Shown in pieces: positions 9,829 through 19,393 of a DNA stretch of 32,000 nucleotides. Numbering within the stretch: position 1 is the first letter of the stretch; every line of letters starts with the position of its first letter. Origin of the DNA: Synechococcus elongatus PCC 6301 (lineage in GTDB: Bacteria > Cyanobacteriota > Cyanobacteriia > Synechococcales > Synechococcaceae); contig NC_006576.1 of NCBI RefSeq assembly GCF_000010065.1, positions 360,001-392,000 of the forward strand, in the 5' to 3' direction. The translations under genes were made by a program, and so were the position numbers. The notes under the pieces are model-generated. The model saw only the letters and a program-made list of their open reading frames with translations, ran no database searches and had not been told where the DNA came from.

Positions 9829-10612
9829 TGCAGGCGTTTACTTCGTCGGGGTCGGCCCGGGTGACCCGGAGCTAATGACGGTACGGGCTCAAAAGCTGAT
9901 TGCCGCCGCCGATGTTCTGCTCTACACCGATTCCTTGGTGCCCCCGGCAATTTTGGCGGATGCAAGGCCAGACGCAGAACGACTGCCAACGGCCCATCGC
10001 ACGCTGGAAGAGATTTTGCCAATCCTCAAAGAGCGAGTGGCCGCGGGAGCGATCGTGGCGCGGCTCCACGACGGCGATCCCAGCCTCTACAGCACGATCG
10101 CGGAACAGATCGCAGGGTTGCGATCGCAGGACATTCCCTATCAAGTTATTCCTGGCGTCAGCGCCTTTCAAGCAGCGGCCGCTCGACTCGGGCAAGAACT
10201 GACTTTGCCGGGACTGGTTCAGACGATCATCCTGACTCGCTGTGCCGGTCGAATTGGACTGCCCGATCGCGAATCCCTCTCGTCCTTAGCCGCGCATCAA
10301 GCTAGCCTCTGTCTCTATCTGAGCGCTCGCCAAGCGGAAAAAGCGCAGACGGAATTGCTGGAACATTACTCCCCAGAAACGCCGATCGCAGTTTGCTATC
10401 GACTGGGTTGGCCAGATGAAGCGATTTGGCTAGGGAAACTGTCGGAACTGGCGCAGATCACTCAAGATCAGCAACTCGATCGCACGGTGCTCTATCTGAT
10501 CAGTCCTGCTTTACAAGCCGTCGAGACTGGGCGATCGCAGCTCTACAATCCCGACTATCACCATCTGTTTCGGCCAGAAACTACAGCAGCACGATCGCCC
10601 CAGCCATCATGA
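9818..10612 (+). CDS. cobM: Precorrin-4 C11-methyltransferase (tetrapyrrole methylase family)
   Basis: N-terminus [18 protein letters not shown] plus YTDSLV. GTG at 9818 gives a canonical N-terminus and overlaps the lgt 3' end by 11 nt. ATG at 9782 is an alternative start. Confidence 0.8.
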
Positions 10613-11450
10613 GCGCCGCGCCCAAAAAGCGCTGTCGGAGCTGCTTTTCACCAAAAAAGACTGCGCCGTAGACGACGCCAATCAGGGTGCTGAGCCGTTT
10701 GACGGAAATGATTTGTACGACCGTGGCTTGGTTGAGCGCCACCATTTGCGCGACGACGCCAACGCTGTTGAAAATCGCCATGGCACTGAGCGATCGCCAA
10801 GGGTATTTTCGGACAGGCCCTAAGCCGCGCCCCAAGATCAGCAGCACGATGCCGGTGCTGCCAAACAGACAGAGCAGCCAGAAATAGGGATCAGAGGACT
10901 GGACGCCGATTTTGTCGAGGTTGCTGGTGATACTCCAGAGGAAAGCCACGACCACCATGATTCGTTGAGCTGGCTGCTGCCAGAGATCGATCAGCGGTTG
11001 TAATCGAGAGCTACTGTCGCGATCGCGGCGATTCAGTTGATAGGCACCAATCACGAGCAAGATCACGCCAGCGCTGCCCTGCCAAGCCAAATGTTCTGCC
11101 ACAATCAGCGGCGAAGTCAGCAGTAGAAACAGGGGTGTCAGGTTAACGATCGGGGCTACGAGCGATAACTCACCCATTTGCAGCGCCCGTGCGTAGAGCC
11201 AAAAGGCCACTAAATTGAGGCTGCTGCCCAGCAAGCAGCTCCACCAAAAGTTGGGCCCGATCGCCGGAATCCCCTGCCAGAGCACAATCGGCAAGAGGAG
11301 TAGCGTTGTGAGGAGCGAGAGCAACGCGGCTAGACGCGTGGCCGAGAGTTGCTGCAAGCTGCGCTTGGCAAACAGGTCTTTGGTCGCCTCACAGGTGGCT
11401 GTCAGGCTGGCAAGTAGTAACCAAGGTGCCAAGCGAATCTCCGTGGGCAT
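10581..11450 (-). CDS. EamA/DMT-superfamily transporter
   Basis: 289 aa, about 10 TM, with a two-fold internal repeat architecture typical of EamA. Its 3' end overlaps the cobM 3' end by 32 nt (convergent). Confidence 0.7.
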   Translation of the reverse strand: MPTEIRLAPWLLLASLTATCEATKDLFAKRSLQQLSATRLAALLSLLTTLLLLPIVLWQGIPAIGPNFWWSCLLGSSLNLVAFWLYARALQMGELSLVAPIVNLTPLFLLLTSPLIVAEHLAWQGSAGVILLVIGAYQLNRRDRDSSSRLQPLIDLWQQPAQRIMVVVAFLWSITSNLDKIGVQSSDPYFWLLCLFGSTGIVLLILGRGLGPVRKYPWRSLSAMAIFNSVGVVAQMVALNQATVVQIISVKRLSTLIGVVYGAVFFGEKQLRQRFLGAALMMAGAIVLL

Positions 11451-11477
11451 GCTGAGGGAGCGTTTCTCTGCAATCCT

Positions 11478-12212
11478 ATGGCGACTTCTGGTTTGCGCGT
11501 GGCTGATCTGCCCGAAGATGAGCGACCGCGGGAACGGCTGATGCGATCGGGAGCTAGCAGCCTCTCGACGGCTGAACTGCTCGCGATCTTGTTAGGAACG
11601 GGACAAGGACCGGGTGGATTGTCCGCCGTTGGGCTGGGTCAACTGCTCCTCAGTCAGCTAGGAGAACACCAACGCGAACCGTTGCGCGTTCTGCGTCAAA
11701 TTACGGTTACTGAACTGATGCAAATTCCTGGAATTGGTCCAGCTAAGGCGACAGCGATCGCTGCTGCGATCGAGTTAGGTAAGCGCATCTATCAAACGAC
11801 GACGAGTGAGTTGCTACCGATCACGTCGCCGGAAGCGGCTGCCAAGGCTCTCAGCGCCGATCTGATGTGGGCGGAGCAGGAACGCTTTGCCCTGCTGCTG
11901 TTGGATGTTCGCCATAACCTCTTGGCCCAACGGGTGCTGACCATCGGGACCGCCACTGAAACCTTGGCCAATCCCCGCGAAATTTTCCGAGAAGCCCTAC
12001 GCCTCGGGGCAACTCGCTTGATCGTGGCCCATAACCATCCGTCTGGGCAGGTCGATCCCAGCAGTGCCGACCTGAGTTTGACGGAACAACTACTGCAACT
12101 CGGGCAAGCGCTGGAGCTACCCGTGCTCGATCACCTCATTTTGGGCCAAGGACACCATCGCAGCTTGCGCGACACCACAGGGCTTTGGCAGAAATTTCCA
12201 CAGGGCGATTGA
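11478..12212 (+). CDS. radC: RadC-like JAB-domain protein
   Basis: N-terminal motifs ERPRERL and [10 protein letters not shown], an HhH segment IPGIGPAKA, and the JAMM motif HNHPSG...PS..D. Confidence 0.88.
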   Translation: MATSGLRVADLPEDERPRERLMRSGASSLSTAELLAILLGTGQGPGGLSAVGLGQLLLSQLGEHQREPLRVLRQITVTELMQIPGIGPAKATAIAAAIELGKRIYQTTTSELLPITSPEAAAKALSADLMWAEQERFALLLLDVRHNLLAQRVLTIGTATETLANPREIFREALRLGATRLIVAHNHPSGQVDPSSADLSLTEQLLQLGQALELPVLDHLILGQGHHRSLRDTTGLWQKFPQGD

Positions 12213-12253
12213 ACTTGCGCGATCGCTGAAATCGCCGTAATATTAGAGCTTAC

Positions 12254-12325
<72 letters not shown>

Positions 12326-12435
12326 TCAATCTAAACACTTTTGTGACTCTTTTGTGCCCACTAAGGACTGCGAATAATCCTGGCTTGGGCGCTTGAACGT
12401 AGCGATGTTTTTCGGGTCGAAAGCCTGGCACTGGG

Positions 12436-13785
12436 CTAGATCAAATCCGCAATCGCTGCTTCGGGACCAACTAAGGAAAGGCAGCCTTGCTGGAGCCAAG
12501 TTTGAGCAACGCGCTGTAAGTCAGTCGCTTGTACGGCCGCGATCGCTTCCGGAAACTGCTGGTCAAAATCGATGCCCAGACCCAGCGTTTCGTACCAGCC
12601 ATAGAGTTGAGCAATTTGAGCGTTGCTCTGTTTACTAAGCGCGTACTGCCCCAACACCTTGCGTTGGGTGACGGCCACTTCCTCAGAACTGAGCAGGGCT
12701 ACACTGAGGCGATCCAACTCCGATCGCAGCGCCGCTAGGGCTTGGGGCCCATTTTCGATCGCTGTTCCTAGGTAGGCGACGAATGGTGCGGGGCCAAGTC
12801 GCGTCGGGAAGACCGCCGAAACTTCGTAGGCAAGGCTTTGCTTTTCGCGCAGCTCTACAAACAGGCGACTGGACATGCCATTACCCAGGTAAGCCGCCAG
12901 CAACTTGAGTGCCGTGTAGTCGGGCGATCGTACATCAACGGTGGCGAAGCCCAGCATCAAAATCAGCTGTTGCATCTGACGGACTTGGCTGACGCGATCG
13001 CTGGGTTGATTGCGATCGGGCAGTAGGGCGATCGGTGCGGGAGTCGGCGGATTTTGCCAATCCCCAAAAACCTCTTCGACCCAAGATTCGGCTTCTTCGG
13101 GGGTGATCTGCCCTGCCACACTGATCACCAGTTGATCCGGGCGGAAGTATTGCTGATGTGCCGCTGCCAAGCGATCGCGGCTGAGGGACCCGAGGGTCGT
13201 TTCGGTGCCCAAGGTGTCGAGGGCATAGGGATGCTGACCGTAGAGACTCTGCCGCAGTTGGTCGTAGGCCAGATTGAACGGCTGCTCCCGTTGACTGCGC
13301 AAGGCTTCGAGGGCTAAGCGTTGCTCTAGATCAAATTCGGCATCTGGCAGACTGGGATAGCGCAACAGTTCCGCTGCCAAGGTCAGCAAGGCTGGGAAAT
13401 CAGCGGCAACGCTCTTGAGGCTGACCAAGAAATAATCGTTGGCGACATCCGTGCCGAGGCTCGCGCCACTGGACTCAACAAATTCAGCGATTTCATGGGC
13501 ACTGCGATCGCGGCTGCCCTTGGTCAACAAAGCCGAGAGGAGCGCCAGTAAGCCTGCTTGTTCAGGGGGCTCGCTACTGCTGCCCTGCCGCAAGAATAGT
13601 CTCCCCGCCACAATATTGGCGCTGGGATTTTCGTAGACCAACAGAACAATACCGTTGGCTAATTGGCTGCGATAGCACGGGGAGGTCAGGAGGGCAGGCA
13701 AGGGGAAATTGTCCTGAGCGGGTCGCCGCTGTGACGGCTTGAGCAATGGATTTACAAAAGAGCAAAGGCTCACACGGAGGCGCAA
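12436..13785 (-). CDS. M16-family peptidase homologue lacking the HxxEH zinc motif (probable non-catalytic subunit)
   Basis: M16B-like two-domain architecture. Where GxxHFLEHMxFKGT is expected, the sequence reads GLLALLSALLTKGS. The start codon is uncertain because the N-terminal 40 aa look non-conserved. Confidence 0.75.
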   Translation of the reverse strand: MRLRVSLCSFVNPLLKPSQRRPAQDNFPLPALLTSPCYRSQLANGIVLLVYENPSANIVAGRLFLRQGSSSEPPEQAGLLALLSALLTKGSRDRSAHEIAEFVESSGASLGTDVANDYFLVSLKSVAADFPALLTLAAELLRYPSLPDAEFDLEQRLALEALRSQREQPFNLAYDQLRQSLYGQHPYALDTLGTETTLGSLSRDRLAAAHQQYFRPDQLVISVAGQITPEEAESWVEEVFGDWQNPPTPAPIALLPDRNQPSDRVSQVRQMQQLILMLGFATVDVRSPDYTALKLLAAYLGNGMSSRLFVELREKQSLAYEVSAVFPTRLGPAPFVAYLGTAIENGPQALAALRSELDRLSVALLSSEEVAVTQRKVLGQYALSKQSNAQIAQLYGWYETLGLGIDFDQQFPEAIAAVQATDLQRVAQTWLQQGCLSLVGPEAAIADLI

Positions 13786-13877
13786 GGCCCTTTTGTTACG
13801 ATAGCCTGCGCGCTTGCAAGCCTTGCGCGATCGAGATTTTAGAGTGAGTAGTCAATAGGCGTTTTTCAGCGTTGGCG

Positions 13878-14624
13878 ATGTCCTCCAGCACGCGAGTCGG
13901 CCTCAAAGAACAGCTGCATCCCTTGATTCGGGATTTGGCCACAGGCATCGAAGCGACTTGGCAGCGGTGGCTGAACCTCGAGCCCTACGCGGCGATGCCA
14001 GCAGATTTGGGTTACATCGAAGGCAAGCTAGAAGGCGAGCGGCTCCAGATTGAAAATCGCTGCTACCAAAGCCGGGAGTTTCGCAAACTGCACCTCGAGC
14101 TAGCACGGGTTGGCAACAACCTCGATATCCTCCACTGTGTCCTGTTTCCCCGAACAACTTTTGATCTGCCGATGTTTGGCGCAGACTTGGTCGGCGGCCG
14201 GGGTCAGATCAGTGCGGCGATTGTCGATCTCTCACCGACTACGATTGCCCGAGAACTTTCCAACGATTACATCGCAGGTTTGACGGCGTTGCCCAATCCA
14301 ACCTTTCAAGGCCTGCGGGAGTTACCCACGTGGGGTGATATTTTCTCGTCCTTCTGTCTGTTTATTCGCCCCGGGTCACCCGAGGAAGAAGCGGCCTTCC
14401 TCGATCGCGCCTTGGGCTTTTTGCAAGTCCATTGTCAACAGGCAGCGGCAGCTACAGCGCTGACCGACCCAGAGGCGATCGCCACCGTGCTCGAGCAGCA
14501 GCGCTACTACTGCGAGCAGCAGCGACGCAATGACAAAACCCGTCGCGTCTTGGAAAAAGCCTTTGGTGATGACTGGGCCGATCGCTATATGACGACCATG
14601 CTCTTTGATTTGCCCAGTGATTGA
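13878..14624 (+). CDS. pcyA: Phycocyanobilin:ferredoxin oxidoreductase
   Basis: Strong recalled similarity to PcyA (DLGYIEGKLEGERLQIENRCYQ, FRKLHLELA, LDILHCVLFP, NDKTRRVLEKAFG). ATG at 13878. Confidence 0.9.
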   Translation: MSSSTRVGLKEQLHPLIRDLATGIEATWQRWLNLEPYAAMPADLGYIEGKLEGERLQIENRCYQSREFRKLHLELARVGNNLDILHCVLFPRTTFDLPMFGADLVGGRGQISAAIVDLSPTTIARELSNDYIAGLTALPNPTFQGLRELPTWGDIFSSFCLFIRPGSPEEEAAFLDRALGFLQVHCQQAAAATALTDPEAIATVLEQQRYYCEQQRRNDKTRRVLEKAFGDDWADRYMTTMLFDLPSD

Positions 14625-14712
14625 GGCAATCGCCTGAGCAAACCGAATTCACGACCGTTACGAAGCGTAATAATCCTTGGCAGAATAAAGAGACTCCTTT
14701 TTGACTGCTGCC

Positions 14713-15813
14713 ATGGTTGAGACGCGCAGTCCGGCGACTTTCAAGCCGGCTCTTTCAGGCAATCGCCAGCGCTGGCTGATCTACGGTGGCCTTGCAATCG
14801 TCGTCATTGGGGGTGTGGCATTTTTGCGGAGTCGCAGTGCTGCTCCTCCAGAGCCGGCTCCTGTGGCTCAAACCCAAGTCGATCGCTATGTGGGCGCTTT
14901 GGGTCGCTTGGAACCGGAAGGCCGTGTGGTCAAGCTGACGGCTCCCCAGTCGGGCTTTAGTCAGGCACGGATTGCGGATCTGCGAGTTGAAGAAGGCGAT
15001 CGCGTTAGCGAAGGGCAAATTCTGGCGGTACTGGACAATCAGCCAGAATTGGCTGCTGCTGCCGCTGCCGCCAATAGTGCAGTTGCGGTAGCCACAGCAG
15101 ACTTGAACCGAATTTTGGCGGGTGCCAAATCGACCGATCGCCAAACCCAGCAGCAGCAGATCAACCGTATTCAAGCGGAACTAGCGATCGCTCAGCGGGA
15201 ATACGATCGCAACCAAGCCCTGTTCCAGAGTGGCGCGATCGCGGCCACAGCCCTCGATAGCAAGCGTTTGGATGTTGAGCGACTTCAAGGTGAGCTAGCA
15301 GTAGCTCGCAGCACCCTCGCCAGTTTGTCGGAAGCCCAACCGGAAGAAGTCCAACTCGCTCAAGCCCGCCTCGCTCAAGCTCGGGCTCAGGCCCAAGAAG
15401 CAGCAGCGCAACTGGCAAATACGGTCATTCGCGCCCCCTTTGCGGGTCAAGTGCTGCGAGTCAATAGCCGACCGGGTGAAAGCGGCAGTGATGACGGGGT
15501 GATTGAATTAGCCCGCACCGATCGCATGCAGGTGGTGGCGGAAGTCTATGAAACGGACGTGGGGCGGATCCGCGTTGGTCAACCCGTGACGATTACCAGT
15601 GAGCACGGTGGCTTTAGCGGCAGTCTTACCGGTCGAGTGGCTTTGATCGGCGGCAAGATCGACAAGAAAGGCGTTTTCAGCACTGATCCTGCCTCCGATA
15701 TCGATTCGCGTGTGGTCGAAGTGCGGATCGATCTGGACCCCAGCGATCGCCAAAAAGTCTCGCAGCTAACCAATCTCCAAGTCCTGGTGCGGATTGATGC
15801 AGGTCGCTCTTAA
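14713..15813 (+). CDS. devB: DevB-type ABC exporter membrane fusion protein (HlyD family)
   Basis: N-terminal TM, lipoyl/beta-barrel segments and a long Ala/Gln-rich coiled coil. The gene overlaps the devC-like gene downstream. Confidence 0.8.
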   Translation: MVETRSPATFKPALSGNRQRWLIYGGLAIVVIGGVAFLRSRSAAPPEPAPVAQTQVDRYVGALGRLEPEGRVVKLTAPQSGFSQARIADLRVEEGDRVSEGQILAVLDNQPELAAAAAAANSAVAVATADLNRILAGAKSTDRQTQQQQINRIQAELAIAQREYDRNQALFQSGAIAATALDSKRLDVERLQGELAVARSTLASLSEAQPEEVQLAQARLAQARAQAQEAAAQLANTVIRAPFAGQVLRVNSRPGESGSDDGVIELARTDRMQVVAEVYETDVGRIRVGQPVTITSEHGGFSGSLTGRVALIGGKIDKKGVFSTDPASDIDSRVVEVRIDLDPSDRQKVSQLTNLQVLVRIDAGRS

Positions 15814-16975
15814 ATGGCCATGGCCACGCCGGATTCCCCTCGCATGGCGACAGTTAGCCCGCCAGCGGGTGCGACTGCTCGTGGCCTTAGCCGGCATCAG
15901 CTTTGCCGGTCTGCTGATGTTTATGCAAATGGGCTTTCGCGACGGTCTGTTTGACAGCATCGTCACCCTACATGAGGCGATCGCGGCGGATGTGGTGCTG
16001 ATCAGTCCGCAATCGACCGCACTGACGTCGATGCGGCCTTTTCCGCAACGCCGCCTCTACCAAGCCCTCAGCCTGTCGGATGTGCAATCGGTTAGCCCGC
16101 TTTACGTCGGCTTGGTCAACTGGAAAAACCCAGAGAACCGCCAACCGCGATCAATCCTGACACTGGGCATTAGTCCGGATGAGGCCGCATTTGACCTCAA
16201 GGGCTTACCGGAAAATCTCAATGCAATCCGCATCCCAGATGTCGTGTTGTTTGACCAGACCTCGCGATCGGAATTTGGCCCAGTAGCCCAGCGTTTTCGG
16301 TCGGGGCAATCGGTGGTTACCGAGGTCGGCGAGCGGCGGATTCGCGTCGGTGGACTGTTTACGATGGGCGCCTCATTTGGAGCCGACGGCAATATTATCA
16401 CTAGCGATCTCAACTTCCTGCGTATCTTTCCTCAGCGACGACGCGATGAGATTGATGTGGGGTTGATCCGCGCTGAACCCGGCACCAATATTGCCCAGCT
16501 CGTCCAAGAACTACAGCGATCGCTGCCACCCGATGTGCGAGTCATGAGCAAGCGGCAATTTGTCGAATTTGAGCGCAACTATTGGGCGACCAGTACAGCG
16601 ATCGGCTTCATCTTCACCTTCGGGACGGTGATTGGCTTCATTGTTGGCGGCGTGATCGTCTATCAGATTCTCTACAGCGATGTTTCGGACCATTTGGCGG
16701 AGTACGCTACCCTCAAGGCGATGGGCTACAGCGATCGCTACTTACTGTGGGTCGTGTTTCAAGAAGCCCTGATTCTGGCTGCGCTGGGCTATATTCCCGG
16801 CGTGATTCTCTCGACAGGTCTCTACGCCATCACCCGCAGCGCCACGATGATCCCGATTGGGATGACCTTCGATCGCGCCTCGATTGTCTTTATCCTCACC
16901 CTTGTCATGTGTTTGGGGTCAGGCATGATCGCGGTGCGTCGCCTAGAGGCAGCTGATCCAGCCGACATTTTCTAA
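15797..16975 (+). CDS. devC: DevC-type ABC exporter permease (FtsX/MacB-like)
   Basis: N-terminal TM, a large periplasmic domain and a C-terminal FtsX-type 3-TM bundle. Its ATG overlaps the devB 3' end by 17 nt. Confidence 0.8.
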   Translation: MQVALKWPWPRRIPLAWRQLARQRVRLLVALAGISFAGLLMFMQMGFRDGLFDSIVTLHEAIAADVVLISPQSTALTSMRPFPQRRLYQALSLSDVQSVSPLYVGLVNWKNPENRQPRSILTLGISPDEAAFDLKGLPENLNAIRIPDVVLFDQTSRSEFGPVAQRFRSGQSVVTEVGERRIRVGGLFTMGASFGADGNIITSDLNFLRIFPQRRRDEIDVGLIRAEPGTNIAQLVQELQRSLPPDVRVMSKRQFVEFERNYWATSTAIGFIFTFGTVIGFIVGGVIVYQILYSDVSDHLAEYATLKAMGYSDRYLLWVVFQEALILAALGYIPGVILSTGLYAITRSATMIPIGMTFDRASIVFILTLVMCLGSGMIAVRRLEAADPADIF

Positions 16976-16995
16976 CTGGGAACGAGCAATCGCTC

Positions 16996-17880
16996 TCAAA
17001 GAGCCGCGAGTACGACTTTGGGCTTGCACAGTCCTGCCGCGATCGCGCCGATTCCTAAGAACTGGCCGTTGAGATCATAGACACGGACTGGAGCTGCATC
17101 GGGAAGAACACTGTCAGGCACGGGCATCGCTTGTCCTTGTCGCCAGCGATCGCTGGTTTCGGCACTCAGTTGAACTTTGGCTAAATGCTGCAATGGCAAA
17201 TCCAAAGCCAAGAGCGGCACCGCTGCTCCATCGAGCAGTTCAGTCAGCGGCGTGCTCTGGTTCAGATCAAAGCCACTACTCGCAGTACGACGCAACTCTG
17301 CTAGGGTGCCACCGACCCCCAGCACGGCTCCGAGGTCTCGCGCTAGAGAACGGATGTAAGTGCCAGCACCACAGTGGATTTCGACAGATAATTCGGCTTG
17401 ACTGCCCGATCGCCACTGGAGAATTCGAATTGACTGAATTTCTACGGTGCGCCAAGGGAGCTCCGTGGGGGCTTCCCCGCGCCGAGCAAGCTGATAGAGT
17501 CGCTGCCCTTGCACTTGTACGGCACTAACCTGGGGCGGTTGCTGCTGAATGTGGCCGAGGAATTGGGGTAGCGCCGCCTCGATTGCCTCTCGCGACAAGT
17601 GGCTGGTATCGGCTTCTGCCAGGCGATCGCCCGTCAGATCGTCCGTACTGGTCTGCAACCCGAAGCGAATGGTGCCGACGTAGGTTTTGCCACTGGGAAG
17701 ATAGGGTAGGAGCCGCGTGGCTCGTCCCACCGCGATCGGCAGAACACCTGTGACTGCCGGATCAAGCGTGCCACCATGGCCGATACGCCGCTCCCGTAAC
17801 AGACGCCGTAACTTGGCGACACAGTCATGGGAAGTCCAGCCCGCTGGCTTATCGAGGTTGACAAACCCTTCCGATGACAT
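16996..17880 (-). CDS. truB: tRNA pseudouridine(55) synthase
   Basis: N-terminus GFVNLDKPAGWTSHD and the catalytic motif HGGTLDPAVTGVLPI. Confidence 0.9.
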   Translation of the reverse strand: MSSEGFVNLDKPAGWTSHDCVAKLRRLLRERRIGHGGTLDPAVTGVLPIAVGRATRLLPYLPSGKTYVGTIRFGLQTSTDDLTGDRLAEADTSHLSREAIEAALPQFLGHIQQQPPQVSAVQVQGQRLYQLARRGEAPTELPWRTVEIQSIRILQWRSGSQAELSVEIHCGAGTYIRSLARDLGAVLGVGGTLAELRRTASSGFDLNQSTPLTELLDGAAVPLLALDLPLQHLAKVQLSAETSDRWRQGQAMPVPDSVLPDAAPVRVYDLNGQFLGIGAIAAGLCKPKVVLAAL

Positions 17881-17972
17881 AGCAAGACCTCTGTCTTAAG
17901 ACGGTAGACTGCATCACAGCCACAAGCGATCGTCGATAGTAGAATTGGCTCTTCTGAGTTACGGTTGCGCAG

Positions 17973-18350
17973 ATGGCCAATATCCTCGTTGTTGATGACA
18001 GCAGTCTCTACCTAGAACTTGCCCGTCAAGCCTTAGTTGATCATGGCCACCAGGTTGAACTTGCCAACAACGGTCAAGAAGCCTTGCAATCCGTCGCCAA
18101 CAAGAAGCCTGTCTTGATTCTGCTCGATATCGTTATGCCAGAAATGAATGGCTACGACGTACTGCGATCGCTCAAGAAATCAGCTGAAAACGCTACGATT
18201 CCTGTCATTCTTTGCTCGACCAAAGGCGAGGATTTTGACAAGTATTGGGGGCTCAAACAGGGAGCCAATGCCTACTTGACTAAGCCCTATGAACCAACCG
18301 AACTATTGCTATTGGTGCAGGAACAACTGACTGCAGCCCGCAATTCTTGA
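17973..18350 (+). CDS. Stand-alone CheY-like response regulator receiver
   Basis: 125 aa with DD at residues 8-9, phospho-acceptor D52 (LLDIVMP), S82/T83 and K104-P. There is no output domain. Confidence 0.85.
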   Translation: MANILVVDDSSLYLELARQALVDHGHQVELANNGQEALQSVANKKPVLILLDIVMPEMNGYDVLRSLKKSAENATIPVILCSTKGEDFDKYWGLKQGANAYLTKPYEPTELLLLVQEQLTAARNS

Positions 18351-18420
18351 AATTTGGCGGGGCGATCGTGACCTCTGACCTGACAAAATCAATTGATCAG
18401 ACGCGATCGCAGACAAAGTG

Positions 18421-18453
18421 AAGGGGATCAGGACAATAATGTCCGATCCCCTT
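18421..18453. terminator. Putative bidirectional intrinsic terminator between the convergent receiver gene and rpmA
   Basis: AAGGGGATC-A-GGACA / ATAA loop / TGTCC-GATCCCCTT forms 14 bp with one bulge. T-containing tracts flank it on both strands (TGTTCT on +, CACTTTGTCT on -). Confidence 0.6.
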
Positions 18454-18471
18454 TGTTCTAGTTCGCTGGAA

Positions 18472-18738
18472 TTAAGCAGCTTCGCCAGCAGGGTAAACGC
18501 TGACTTTCTTGCCGCCTTTGCCTTTGCGCTCAAAGGTGACGACGCCGTCGATCAGTGCAAACAGGGTGTCGTCACCGCCGCGACCAACATTGACACCCGG
18601 ATGGAACTTAGTACCCCGTTGACGAACGATGATGCTGCCCGAGCGCACCACTTCGCCACCGAATTTTTTGACGCCGAGGCGCTGAGCGTTAGAGTCACGC
18701 CCGTTACGAGTACTACCCGTACCTTTCTTATGAGCCAT
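18472..18738 (-). CDS. rpmA: 50S ribosomal protein L27
   Basis: [24 protein letters not shown]... is the canonical L27 N-terminus. Confidence 0.95.
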   Translation of the reverse strand: MAHKKGTGSTRNGRDSNAQRLGVKKFGGEVVRSGSIIVRQRGTKFHPGVNVGRGGDDTLFALIDGVVTFERKGKGGKKVSVYPAGEAA

Positions 18739-18772
18739 GGTCTTGGAATCCTCTGGTTAGAACGACGAAAAA

Positions 18773-19156
18773 CTAGCCAGCAGCGTCAATGTCCGCTTCT
18801 GATTTCGGTAAGTCAGCCGCGTTAGCCGTCAAGACTTTACCGCCTACAGTAATCGACTCCACCAAAACCCGGGTCAAATCTTGGCGATGGCCTTGTTTCT
18901 TACGGGTTTTTTTCTTGGGCGTCATCTTGTAGACAGTGACTTTGCGACCCCGAGGGTGACTCAGAACCGTCACTTGCACTGTGGCACCGGCCACGTAGGG
19001 CTGTCCAATCTGCGGTGCGCCTTCGTCTTGAACGAGCAGGACTTTGTCGAGGGTGAGCGACTGATCCAAGTCTGCGTCGAGGCGATCGAGATCGTAGAAC
19101 CGACCGGGTTCAACCCAGAGTTGCTTATCGCTTGCTTCGATGATTGCGTAAGCCAT
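18773..19156 (-). CDS. rplU: 50S ribosomal protein L21
   Basis: [26 protein letters not shown]... is L21-like. It lies directly upstream of rpmA, the conserved rplU-rpmA pair. Confidence 0.92.
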   Translation of the reverse strand: MAYAIIEASDKQLWVEPGRFYDLDRLDADLDQSLTLDKVLLVQDEGAPQIGQPYVAGATVQVTVLSHPRGRKVTVYKMTPKKKTRKKQGHRQDLTRVLVESITVGGKVLTANAADLPKSEADIDAAG

Positions 19157-19393
19157 GCATTTTCAGCCGTAGAGGTGGCTACACCTGCCGAGGGCAGAGA
19201 GAGCACTTGAAGAAACCTGTTCCGAGCCGCCTTTTAAACAACAGCCCTCTATCATCTCAGAAACTTTTGAGAACTGTCAAACTGTGGACAAAGCGATCGC
19301 GGCCTCATGAGCTGCAGTGCTAGGCTAAATTAAATTTTTCCTTTGTCCAGAGATTAATCTGTCTGCAGACTCAGTCCTGACAGGAGCGACTGC

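Noticed and set aside
18418-18825. 135-aa plus-strand ORF overlapping rpmA
   Set aside because: It is antisense to the highly conserved L27 gene and spans the terminator hairpin. It shows no family resemblance.
17893-19370. Two similar 10-bp palindromes, GTCTTAAGAC (17893-17902, upstream of the receiver gene) and GTCTGCAGAC (19361-19370, 24 nt upstream of kaiA), as a possible shared operator GTCTNNAGAC
   Set aside because: A perfect 10-bp palindrome is expected about once per kb by chance, so roughly 30 in this window. Two loosely similar ones are not significant without further copies or conservation data.
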